The notes under the pieces: generated by a model
Told to the model about the DNA's origin: nothing
What the model saw: the letters and a program-made list of their open reading frames with translations, nothing else
The model's database searches: none
DNA from: a virus
Lineage: Duplodnaviria; Heunggongvirae; Uroviricota; Caudoviricetes
Length of the DNA stretch: 27,292 nucleotides
IMG/VR virus record: IMGVR_UViG_3300031867_000016
Location: 1-27,292 of that record
Strand: one strand, 5' to 3'
Made by a program: the position numbers and the translations under genes
Shown here: positions 6,149 through 13,642 of the stretch, piece after piece
Position numbering within the stretch: the first letter of the stretch is position 1
Layout: each line of letters begins with the position of its first letter

Positions 6149-6712
6149 AATTGTGGAAATTCATGAACAAAACTAAACGCACCGAATCGGTGCACTTAGT
6201 TAGATTCATGAGTAATGCCCATGAGCCGAAATGGAGAACAGCGCATGGGCATTAAACAAAGTAGCAATAACTGTACCTGCAAGTACAATTACTGTTCTTC
6301 TGCATGTTGCAGCATGCAGGCTTGCGAGATTTCTCTCATTACCTGATATGCCTCGCCCCGCGAGGCATGCATAGAGCAAGCTCGCACGTGCGATACGCCC
6401 ACGGGGTGGACGGTTATCAGTCAATGAGGGATGAACCTCACGTGCTGAACCGCCTCGCCCTGCGAGGCGGCATATAACAGTCAAATACAGCAAGGCAGAG
6501 TCTGCCTTAGCACTGTAGTATTCTGCAATGTGTCCTGGTTGCGCCGCACGAGGAGCTGGAATAAGGACAAGAAACTGCGGCGCAAAATTGCCCCGCCTGA
6601 AAGTTGAAAAAGGGAATGGTGGAGGCACCTGTGCCATGATAGGAAAGGAGGCCAAATGTTCAGGCGCTAATCTTGATACACACAATGTATGTATCGAGAT
6701 TAATGTCCAAAC
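6121..6712. ncRNA. Large structured non-coding region (candidate ncRNA, strand uncertain)
   Basis: About 590 bp with no credible RBS-headed ORF and more than 10 consecutive stems. Confidence 0.45.
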
Positions 6713-6729
6713 AATATTGATAAAAAGAA

Positions 6730-6757
6730 GGCTCCGTGCTACAATAAGCACGGAGCC
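6730..6757 (-). terminator. Terminator after the RNase H gene
   Basis: 11-bp stem GGCTCCGTGCT/AGCACGGAGCC followed by TTCTTTTT on the minus strand. Confidence 0.75.
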
Positions 6758-6765
6758 GTTCTGTG

Positions 6766-7572
6766 TTATTTTGCGGCTGCGATTGCGGCTCTTGCCAGAG
6801 AGTCGCATTTTTCATTGAGTTCAATGCCGGCATGACCTTCAACTTTTACGATTGTTACGTCGTGCTTTGTCATCAGTTCTGCCAGCTTTTCAAGCAGATC
6901 TTTATTTGCAGCTTCTTTGTTGTCAGCTGTCCTGTAGCCGTGCTTAATGATCTGCGGAGCTCTTGTCACAACCTGAGAGTCAGTGTGAACAAGTACGACA
7001 CTATGTTTCTTAATTGCGGCAAGACCATTGATAACAGCAGCAAGTTCGCCACGGTTGTTCGTCTGCTTGCCGTCAACAAGGCCATTGAGTTCTTTGTGGT
7101 GTTCACCAAAGATCAGAATGCAGCCCCAGCCAGCCTTGGCATTTGCGTTACCGTTGTTGCTGCAGGCACCATCTACCCAGAGATCAATAGTTGGGATGGA
7201 AGCAGTACTGTCTTTTGCGATCTGCTTTGTTTCTTCAGTCTTATTGATTGCAACGCCATTAGTACGGTATGTCCTGTCAATATAAAATGCCGGGACATTC
7301 TTGCTCTTAGCACGAGCAAGCAATGCTTCAGCTTCATCAATAGAATTGACTTTTGTGTTCTTCTTGATACCGTCATAAAGATAGAATACAGAGATACTGG
7401 TGTTCATAGTTGCTTCCTCTTTAATTTCCTCAACTGTTTCGTTTTTGTTGTTTTTGAAAGATGCTTCGGATACGTTGCATTTGATCTTATCAAACCAGAG
7501 TTTTGCTAACGCATCATCAGCAAAAGATCTTGATACTTTGATTCCTTCTTTAGTCCAGTTAACAATAGCCAT
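6766..7572 (-). CDS. rnhA: Ribonuclease HI with a ~120-aa N-terminal extension, 268 aa
   Basis: WVDGACSNNG, TNNRGELAA, HTDSQ, VKVEGHAG and NEKCDSLA supply the D-E-D-D catalytic set. Start moved to MAIVNW behind GGAGG. Confidence 0.93.
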   Translation of the reverse strand: MAIVNWTKEGIKVSRSFADDALAKLWFDKIKCNVSEASFKNNKNETVEEIKEEATMNTSISVFYLYDGIKKNTKVNSIDEAEALLARAKSKNVPAFYIDRTYRTNGVAINKTEETKQIAKDSTASIPTIDLWVDGACSNNGNANAKAGWGCILIFGEHHKELNGLVDGKQTNNRGELAAVINGLAAIKKHSVVLVHTDSQVVTRAPQIIKHGYRTADNKEAANKDLLEKLAELMTKHDVTIVKVEGHAGIELNEKCDSLARAAIAAAK

Positions 7573-7618
7573 GATGCTACCTCCTAAAAAAAATATTATT
7601 ATGAAAGGTTGTGAACTT

Positions 7619-7861
7619 ATGTCATTTGAGTTCAAGAGTCCAAAGGTTGAACGAGAGTTTGAAATCTTCTGTATGATGATGACACCTGGTCCCAACTATA
7701 TGTGGGACCAGGAAGAATGGGACTTTTATCGACTTCCAAGAGATCAGAAGATTACCAAATTCTTCGAATACAAAAGAAAAGGTTTTACGTTCGAAGAACC
7801 AGAAGAACCACTAGCCGGCTTTGGTAATACGGATGAAGACTGGTTCGTAGATGAACAATAA
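7619..7861 (+). CDS. Hypothetical acidic protein, 80 aa; lone rightward gene
   Basis: GAAAGG RBS then MSFEFKSP; protein-like composition; ends at a shared terminator. Confidence 0.6.
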   Translation: MSFEFKSPKVEREFEIFCMMMTPGPNYMWDQEEWDFYRLPRDQKITKFFEYKRKGFTFEEPEEPLAGFGNTDEDWFVDEQ

Positions 7862-7889
7862 GAGAGGGAGGCTTTACGCCTCCCTCTCT
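7861..7889. terminator. Bidirectional terminator-like hairpin between convergent genes
   Basis: 12-bp stem AGAGAGGGAGGC/GCCTCCCTCTCT. Confidence 0.7.
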
Positions 7890-7896
7890 GTTTTAT

Positions 7897-10434
7897 TTAT
7901 TCATCAATTGAGAAGAGTCCATCTTCATCGTCTTCAGGCGGGCAATCAAAGCAGTCTTCATACCCTTCGATAACGACTTCATCTTCGGCTTCGTCGAGTT
8001 CAGAAGCAACAAAGTTTCCGCTTGCGACAGCGTCTTTGATATTCTGAAGCAGTTCTTCGCCGAATGCCAGCCAAAGAAGGCGGAACCTTCCAAGACGAGC
8101 TTTCTCAGTATTGTCAGTACGCTTGTAACAATCTTTTACAAGAGCTGTTACAGCCTCGGCTTTGTTATAGCCATGCTCGGCAGCATACTCGAAAACAGCT
8201 TTGCGAGTTTCGGAAATATTCCATTCAGACCATGATGTAAGATTGATAACTGAAGCATTGTTAGTCTTCAGCATTTCCATGTACTGCTGTCTGCGTTCGC
8301 TTGCTTTCGCAGCAAATACACCGCCAAGACCAGCAAGCATTCTGGCATTAGTTGTTCCACAAAGTGCAGTCCATTTGAATTCGCCAATGCCATCGACATC
8401 GAGATCGAGTTCGTCATTGGTTCCAGCCAATACATACTGACTGTATTTATCCATGGAGCAATTGTACATAAAGTCACATTTCTCAGATAGAGATGCAAAG
8501 CTCTTTTCGCCAGTACTTGACGGAGAGGACTTGGCATAGGCTACAGCCAACGGGCGCTTGAGCTTCTTGACTCTGTCGGAGATAGCTTTTGCAATATCAG
8601 ATACAACACCTTTACCTTTCGCCTCGTCAACAGCATTGGTCACTGCTGCTTCCATATGAGCATTGGAAATAATGTCATATTTCTGCACGAGAGTGCCGTC
8701 TTCTGTTTCCACGAGAGACGCATTGGCTTTCATCTTTGTTCCAGCCATCGCATAAATGCCGATGGGAGCAGGAACAATTGTACGGATAAGATCTTTAAAG
8801 TTCTCATCGCTTTCAGGCTTCTTCTTTGCACCCTGTGCCTTCCAGCGAACAAGTTTGTATCCACTGTTTTTGATTGCTTTTACCGCAGCATCAATGATCC
8901 AATCGATGACAATAAGCAATACTTTATCGCCATCAAAGTCTTTCTGCTGTAGCGCCATTTCGCAGCCATGCATTGAGCATGCTTCTGCATCAGTAGGAAA
9001 CAACCCAAGCAATTCTGCAGGAATCGCTTTAGACTGCTTGATAGAGAAATTCTTTCCAGGGAAAGGATTTCTTGCAGTCATCATACGGTTGCCAGGCTTT
9101 ACGAGACGGCAGACAGCTTCATTCGCATTGATCCAGCCTAAATCCGTTATATCGGTATAGCAACCGCCAATGTAATCAACAACTGCTACGATATCAGGGA
9201 CGCAGAAGACATAGCATCCCACTTTAAACATGCGACCGCCGGCTGCACGCCAGCGCTTTGACTTATATGAATCCTTTACAAGATTCATAATATAGTCGTC
9301 CTGAATAAGTTCAGGGTATGTCTTAATAGCTTCTCCAACAGCAGGAGATACAAGCTTAACTGCGTTTTCGATCTTCTTGTAAGAGTCAAGGAGTTCGATT
9401 GTGCGGTTAACTGCAAGATCGAGATCTTCTTCATCGAGATCGAGAGCTTGCATCATCTGGTAGGGAAGCTCAGCCATACGATGATGACTAAAAATGCAGA
9501 CATCAAACTGATGTCCGTATTTCTTGAATCCTTCCTGATACTCAGAGAAGTGATTCAATCTCTTCTCAGGATCCTGAGCCTTCTTTGCCTTGGCCCACTT
9601 GAAACTTGATTCGAAAGCAATGACCTGAACAGAGTGCAAGTCTACTTCATCTCCGAAGTAGTCTTTACGAATGAGACTGCCGCCATTAGCCTTGATGCGG
9701 CGCTCAAAAGCAGAACGCAGGATCGGCTGAAAGCAACCTTTGAATGCAGGAGCATCGGGACCGCAAGTCCAGTTTGGAAACTTGTGGTCAAGCACGGCCT
9801 GCCAGCAACGTTTGCGCTGCTCTTCATCCATTGACAGATCATCAATGATGTAAAGAAGCAGCCCGTCTGTTTCGGTTTCCTCCCAAGACTCCTTATGATT
9901 AACATCGATATCGTTTCCATCAATCCAAATGTAGCTATTGACACTATGCTTCGGACCTTCAAGATCAGGCAGAACGCAGACCTTGTCAATGTCGATTGGC
10001 GGGAGGAATTCCTTGACATCTTCAAAATTATCAAGAAACTCGTCCCAAAGAATGGAACGTGTAAACATGCGTGCATCCTTTTCTACCGCTGTGAATATAT
10101 CAAGGGACAGATTGAGTCCACAGCGGTACCAGGTCTTGATCTGAGCTGCGTATTTTTCGTCAGCCCAGATAGAGCTGGCTTCACGTGCATTTCCAGAGCC
10201 CATGCAGAAAGGGATATATTTCTTTCCTGCAAGCTCGATGCCATTTTCGAGATACTGTTCCAGATCTGCACGGGCATCGAGATCATCGGTGGCGTGATCA
10301 ACCACGATCACACTGTTGGAGGGAAGCCAGGAAAGGCGAGCCGCAGGGCCAGCGCCATGCAGCGTCTCTTTCGGATTGGTTTCGCTGATAGGCAGTGCAA
10401 TATCGAATTTGGGCATAGAAAACACTTTAGACAT
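7897..10434 (-). CDS. Phage single-subunit RNA polymerase, YonO-like (two-barrel/RdRP-related), 845 aa
   Basis: Catalytic DFDGD (QQKDFDGDKV), upstream ARNP, FKGCF and FESSFK motifs, size close to SPbeta YonO, and SPbeta-like virion genes nearby. Start moved to MSKVFS behind GGAGG. Confidence 0.85.
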   Translation of the reverse strand: MSKVFSMPKFDIALPISETNPKETLHGAGPAARLSWLPSNSVIVVDHATDDLDARADLEQYLENGIELAGKKYIPFCMGSGNAREASSIWADEKYAAQIKTWYRCGLNLSLDIFTAVEKDARMFTRSILWDEFLDNFEDVKEFLPPIDIDKVCVLPDLEGPKHSVNSYIWIDGNDIDVNHKESWEETETDGLLLYIIDDLSMDEEQRKRCWQAVLDHKFPNWTCGPDAPAFKGCFQPILRSAFERRIKANGGSLIRKDYFGDEVDLHSVQVIAFESSFKWAKAKKAQDPEKRLNHFSEYQEGFKKYGHQFDVCIFSHHRMAELPYQMMQALDLDEEDLDLAVNRTIELLDSYKKIENAVKLVSPAVGEAIKTYPELIQDDYIMNLVKDSYKSKRWRAAGGRMFKVGCYVFCVPDIVAVVDYIGGCYTDITDLGWINANEAVCRLVKPGNRMMTARNPFPGKNFSIKQSKAIPAELLGLFPTDAEACSMHGCEMALQQKDFDGDKVLLIVIDWIIDAAVKAIKNSGYKLVRWKAQGAKKKPESDENFKDLIRTIVPAPIGIYAMAGTKMKANASLVETEDGTLVQKYDIISNAHMEAAVTNAVDEAKGKGVVSDIAKAISDRVKKLKRPLAVAYAKSSPSSTGEKSFASLSEKCDFMYNCSMDKYSQYVLAGTNDELDLDVDGIGEFKWTALCGTTNARMLAGLGGVFAAKASERRQQYMEMLKTNNASVINLTSWSEWNISETRKAVFEYAAEHGYNKAEAVTALVKDCYKRTDNTEKARLGRFRLLWLAFGEELLQNIKDAVASGNFVASELDEAEDEVVIEGYEDCFDCPPEDDEDGLFSIDE

Positions 10435-10755
10435 TTTTAGACCTCCATTTTGTTTGCTTTCATACTTGCTATTTGACAACAGCAAGTGCTATAATGAAAC
10501 ATGCAATCGTCTCGCTATCAACGATTGATGTTAGCTCTTTTGGCGAGCCAAACCAAAAAGCACCAACGTAACCGAGATTGCGTTGGTGCGCATGCAGAGA
10601 CTGCTGCATCAGGGTTGGCAGGTTCCTCTTCCTGTTATAGTATGAACCAGCAGGAAGTAAGCCTGCTGGGGCACTCAGTTATTCTTCCTCTCAAGTACGA
10701 ACTCATGCTTTTCAGCATCCCAGGTGAGAACGTACTGATTGGTAGACAAGTGCCT

Positions 10756-10833
10756 TCATAGATCGTTACGTTTCGATGATTTCTGGGTCATCAGCCACGT
10801 AAATTGATCTATGTTCAACTTCACTTGGTTCAC
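10756..10833 (-). CDS. Possible 25-aa peptide (MNQVKLNIDQFTWLMTQKSSKRNDL)
   Basis: Strong AAAGGAGGTGA RBS before a GTG; very short. Confidence 0.35.
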   Translation of the reverse strand: MNQVKLNIDQFTWLMTQKSSKRNDL

Positions 10834-10863
10834 TGGAATCACCTCCTTTCGAACCAAGGCGAA

Positions 10864-10899
10864 CTCCAGATATGCTGCAACATATCTGGAGTCTTTTTT
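10864..10899 (+). terminator. Rightward-facing terminator-like hairpin
   Basis: 11-bp stem CTCCAGATATG/CATATCTGGAG followed by TCTTTTTT. Confidence 0.5.
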
Positions 10900-11010
10900 G
10901 TTCTGCTTTCTTAAAGCTTGACGCTTATCGGTTGCGACCCCACTATTCTTTTCCTGGGCTTGTGACCAGCACCTTACGGTGGCGCATTAAGGCTTCCGCC
11001 TCACTCTGTA

Positions 11011-11039
11011 TTGCAAAAGAACAACCTCGCTGTTATAAT
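11011..11039 (+). promoter_or_regulatory. SigA-type promoter facing right (antisense to the early arm)
   Basis: TTGCAA-17 bp-TATAAT with an extended -10 TG. The -10 box is the loop of a 16-bp inverted repeat (11018-11056). Confidence 0.7.
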
Positions 11040-11061
11040 TACAGCGAGGTTGTTCTGCTCG

Positions 11062-11193
11062 TCACTCCGCTAGACGAATGGCGAGCATGATAAAAATGGT
11101 AACCCAAAGGATGCCGACGAGTATACCACCAAGAATATTTTTGACATACTCGTCCTGCTCCCAGGGCTGCATGTCGCGATAACGCTTACGCAT
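11062..11193 (-). CDS. 43-aa single-transmembrane peptide, candidate type I toxin (MRKRYRDMQPWEQDEYVKNILGGILVGILWVTIFIMLAIRLAE)
   Basis: Not in the ORF track. GAAAGGAGG RBS and ATG at 11193; one long hydrophobic helix; hairpin plus U tract right after the stop codon. Confidence 0.75.
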   Translation of the reverse strand: MRKRYRDMQPWEQDEYVKNILGGILVGILWVTIFIMLAIRLAE

Positions 11194-11210
11194 ACCGCAA
11201 CCTCCTTTCT

Positions 11211-11238
11211 AGCTCGTGTTGCCGCACGAGCTTTTTTT
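11211..11238 (+). terminator. Rightward intrinsic terminator (end of the putative antisense RNA)
   Basis: AGCTCGTG/CACGAGCT stem followed by a T tract. Confidence 0.65.
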
Positions 11239-11323
11239 ATTTCAGGCATAACCTGAAAAGAACACCAGCGATGCTGATGCTCTTTTCAAGTGAGCGGTTT
11301 ACGTGACGCTCAGCACGATTGAA

Positions 11324-11641
11324 TTAGATCTGTTTTGATACCCAGAAGTCGAGTTCAGGATAGCCCTCAATAGCTTCGAAGGCTTCCTCTTCGGTGTCGT
11401 AATCACCGAACACTTCAATAGTGTCGGTATAATTGTTATAAAACGTGACGATATATTTCTTCATGATAGGCACCTCCTGTTCGCCCATATAAAAATCGTA
11501 TTCAAGATGATCGTCAATTAATTTTCCGATTGCTTCGGACGCTTCCTCTTCAGTGTCATAATCACCCAGAAACTTTTTCTCATCAGTAAAATTGTCGTAA
11601 AAAGTAACCCTGATCTTCTTCATAAACCTGATCTTCTTCAT
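11324..11641 (-). CDS. Hypothetical protein of two ~50-aa repeats, 105 aa
   Basis: Repeats share VTFY.N.TD and GDYDTEEEA.EAI. Start behind AAGGAGG; internal RBS plus ATG at 11464. Confidence 0.8.
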   Translation of the reverse strand: MKKIRFMKKIRVTFYDNFTDEKKFLGDYDTEEEASEAIGKLIDDHLEYDFYMGEQEVPIMKKYIVTFYNNYTDTIEVFGDYDTEEEAFEAIEGYPELDFWVSKQI

Positions 11642-11733
11642 AAAAGTCCTCCTTTTATTGTTGCCAATGGCAATAAAATAATATAAAATAGAAATGGACA
11701 GGAGCCCAGCGCCTCTTACACTGGGCTCGAGTA

Positions 11734-11916
11734 TCATCGAGCTACCGCTTCGATGATGGCTTGGATTTCAGCGCCGTAACATTGCAGCACTTCTGCAACA
11801 GCCGCAATGTCATCTTCAGTTACGTTGTCATTTGCAATGACTGCACGTAGCTTAGAGACAAAGGGCGTGTTATTCAGAAGGAATGAAACGGTGCTGGTAC
11901 AGAGGGTACGCTCCAT
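11734..11916 (-). CDS. Hypothetical protein, 60 aa
   Basis: GAAAGGAG RBS. Confidence 0.7.
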   Translation of the reverse strand: MERTLCTSTVSFLLNNTPFVSKLRAVIANDNVTEDDIAAVAEVLQCYGAEIQAIIEAVAR

Positions 11917-11980
11917 ACCGTTACTCCTTTCTGTCCATATGGTGCGCTGTACGCACCTTGTGATTGAGGCTTGATTGCCT

Positions 11981-12020
11981 CAATAAAAGAGCAGTAGTTT
12001 TTGCTACTGCTCTTTTATTG
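11981..12020. terminator. Long palindrome, bidirectional terminator-like
   Basis: 17-bp perfect stem CAATAAAAGAGCAGTAG/CTACTGCTCTTTTATTG. Confidence 0.65.
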
Positions 12021-12067
12021 AAGAAACCAAAGGAGCAGTTTAGCGTCATGCTTAGGACGGAAGAATA

Positions 12068-12385
12068 TTAGGAGATATGATCTTCAGGATATTCTTCATT
12101 ATAGTAGTGGTAGAAGTCTACCACTACTTCCATGATACGTTTCGTTGCATCATTTTTCTTCGTTAGCATATTGTCAATGCTCACGAAAGCAGATGCAATG
12201 GCCGAGTCTCGGCCATACTTGTTTTTACACAAGAATGGATAAGACTTTTCCTGTAGTACAATATTATCTTTGTAAGTGGTTATTTTCCAATAGCCACTTA
12301 TTGTGTCTGCTGCTGCACCAGCAAACACTTCGATGTAAACGTTTTTGTCGTTGACGATGATGTCAACGTCATAGATCTTCTTCAT
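12068..12385 (-). CDS. Hypothetical protein, 105 aa (first gene of the leftward arm)
   Basis: AAAGAGG RBS; ORF track. Confidence 0.75.
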   Translation of the reverse strand: MKKIYDVDIIVNDKNVYIEVFAGAAADTISGYWKITTYKDNIVLQEKSYPFLCKNKYGRDSAIASAFVSIDNMLTKKNDATKRIMEVVVDFYHYYNEEYPEDHIS

Positions 12386-12593
12386 AAGGATACCTCTTTC
12401 TGTCGCTGTGCGACGTATTATTTTTTACAAAACCCCGGGACTTTCCGTTGAAAAGTTTTTTCTGGGTTTTGTATCTTCATATCTACTCCATTCCAACTCT
12501 CTCGTCTCCCTCTAAAAATGTAGACATTCGAAAAAAACGATAATGGGGAGAGAATAATGCTCAGCTTAGGCTGGGCTATATTTTTTTTGGGAG

Positions 12594-12848
12594 ATGATTA
12601 TCTTGAGATTAACGCCTGAACATCAACAGCATTTGCAAGATCTTATTGATCTCTGCGACGGCAACGTCTTCATGAACGACTATGCCCATGGGGAAATATG
12701 TATCACAGAACCTGGTGGCTTGCAGAAAGCTCTTGACTTTATTAAAGACAACCCAAACATCCCATATGAATTAACCTATGATGAATTGTGCGATGAAAAC
12801 TATGTTTATCATCTTGGCAATGATCTTAGGGATACAACATTCGACTGA
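12594..12848 (+). CDS. Hypothetical protein, ~84 aa (start may be TTG at 12603)
   Basis: ORF track; GGAG lies directly before the ATG, so a downstream start is possible. Confidence 0.65.
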   Translation: MIILRLTPEHQQHLQDLIDLCDGNVFMNDYAHGEICITEPGGLQKALDFIKDNPNIPYELTYDELCDENYVYHLGNDLRDTTFD

Positions 12849-13056
12849 AACAGATCCACATACGCATAACACTTCCGTTTGTAGCGCACCACATGTGGAC
12901 TTTTTGAGAGATTAAAAACCCTGTCTCGTAAGAGTGAGACTGCACATCTTGATCTATGTGTTGTACGCTTTAAGCTAGAGGTTAATACGGAAGGCACCCA
13001 ACGCTTTACCCGATCAGTAAAGCGAGGGTGCCACCCCTCCTGAGAAGGTGATTTGA

Positions 13057-13314
13057 ATGAGAACTGAAAACTGGCATAGAAGACACGACTATCTCAAAGG
13101 CAAAAGAAAAAAGCGTATTGCAAAATATGCAAAGTACACTTCTAACTTTTACTACGATGAAGATAAAGATCTTATCAGAGAGATTGATTGGCAGGATGCA
13201 AAGAAGTTTGCAAAGACTCATGCCAACAGGGTATTCAGACACAAGAACAGTGAAGAATTTATGCACGGCAACCAGCATAAGAAATTCTATTCAGTGAGCT
13301 GTGCAATAGCATAA
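13057..13314 (+). CDS. Hypothetical basic protein, 85 aa
   Basis: AAGGTGA RBS; first gene of the late operon. Confidence 0.75.
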   Translation: MRTENWHRRHDYLKGKRKKRIAKYAKYTSNFYYDEDKDLIREIDWQDAKKFAKTHANRVFRHKNSEEFMHGNQHKKFYSVSCAIA

Positions 13315-13330
13315 TAAGGACGTGAGGAAC

Positions 13331-13642
13331 ATGAGTAACCATCTTGACATTAAACATGCGTTTGACATGGAATATTCCACACAGTTACGCATGGAAAAAT
13401 ATTGGCTTGATGATCATGGTTTTAAATGTTCCTTTACTAGACATGAAGAGACAAACGATATATTCGTAAAGACCTACAAATATACGAAGACGCCAGAACT
13501 ATTTGCAGAGCTGGCTAATTTCTACAGTCTTAAAAAGGAATACGATGCACAAAAGAAAGCTGGCAAGAAAATAGAAGGCCCTTGCAGAGTTCTGCTGCAG
13601 TATGAGAAACCACGCAACCGGAGTGATGGTAATGAACATTGA
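13331..13642 (+). CDS. Conserved-looking phage protein upstream of the terminase, 103 aa
   Basis: EYSTQ and TYKYTKTPELF motifs recall a family seen before terminase genes; GAGG RBS. Confidence 0.7.
   Translation: MSNHLDIKHAFDMEYSTQLRMEKYWLDDHGFKCSFTRHEETNDIFVKTYKYTKTPELFAELANFYSLKKEYDAQKKAGKKIEGPCRVLLQYEKPRNRSDGNEH

Noticed and set aside
6206-6842. Track ORFs 6206..6808, 6528..6818 and 6660..6842
   Set aside because: No RBS, atypical composition, and they overlap a hairpin-dense region; probably by-products of high GC content.
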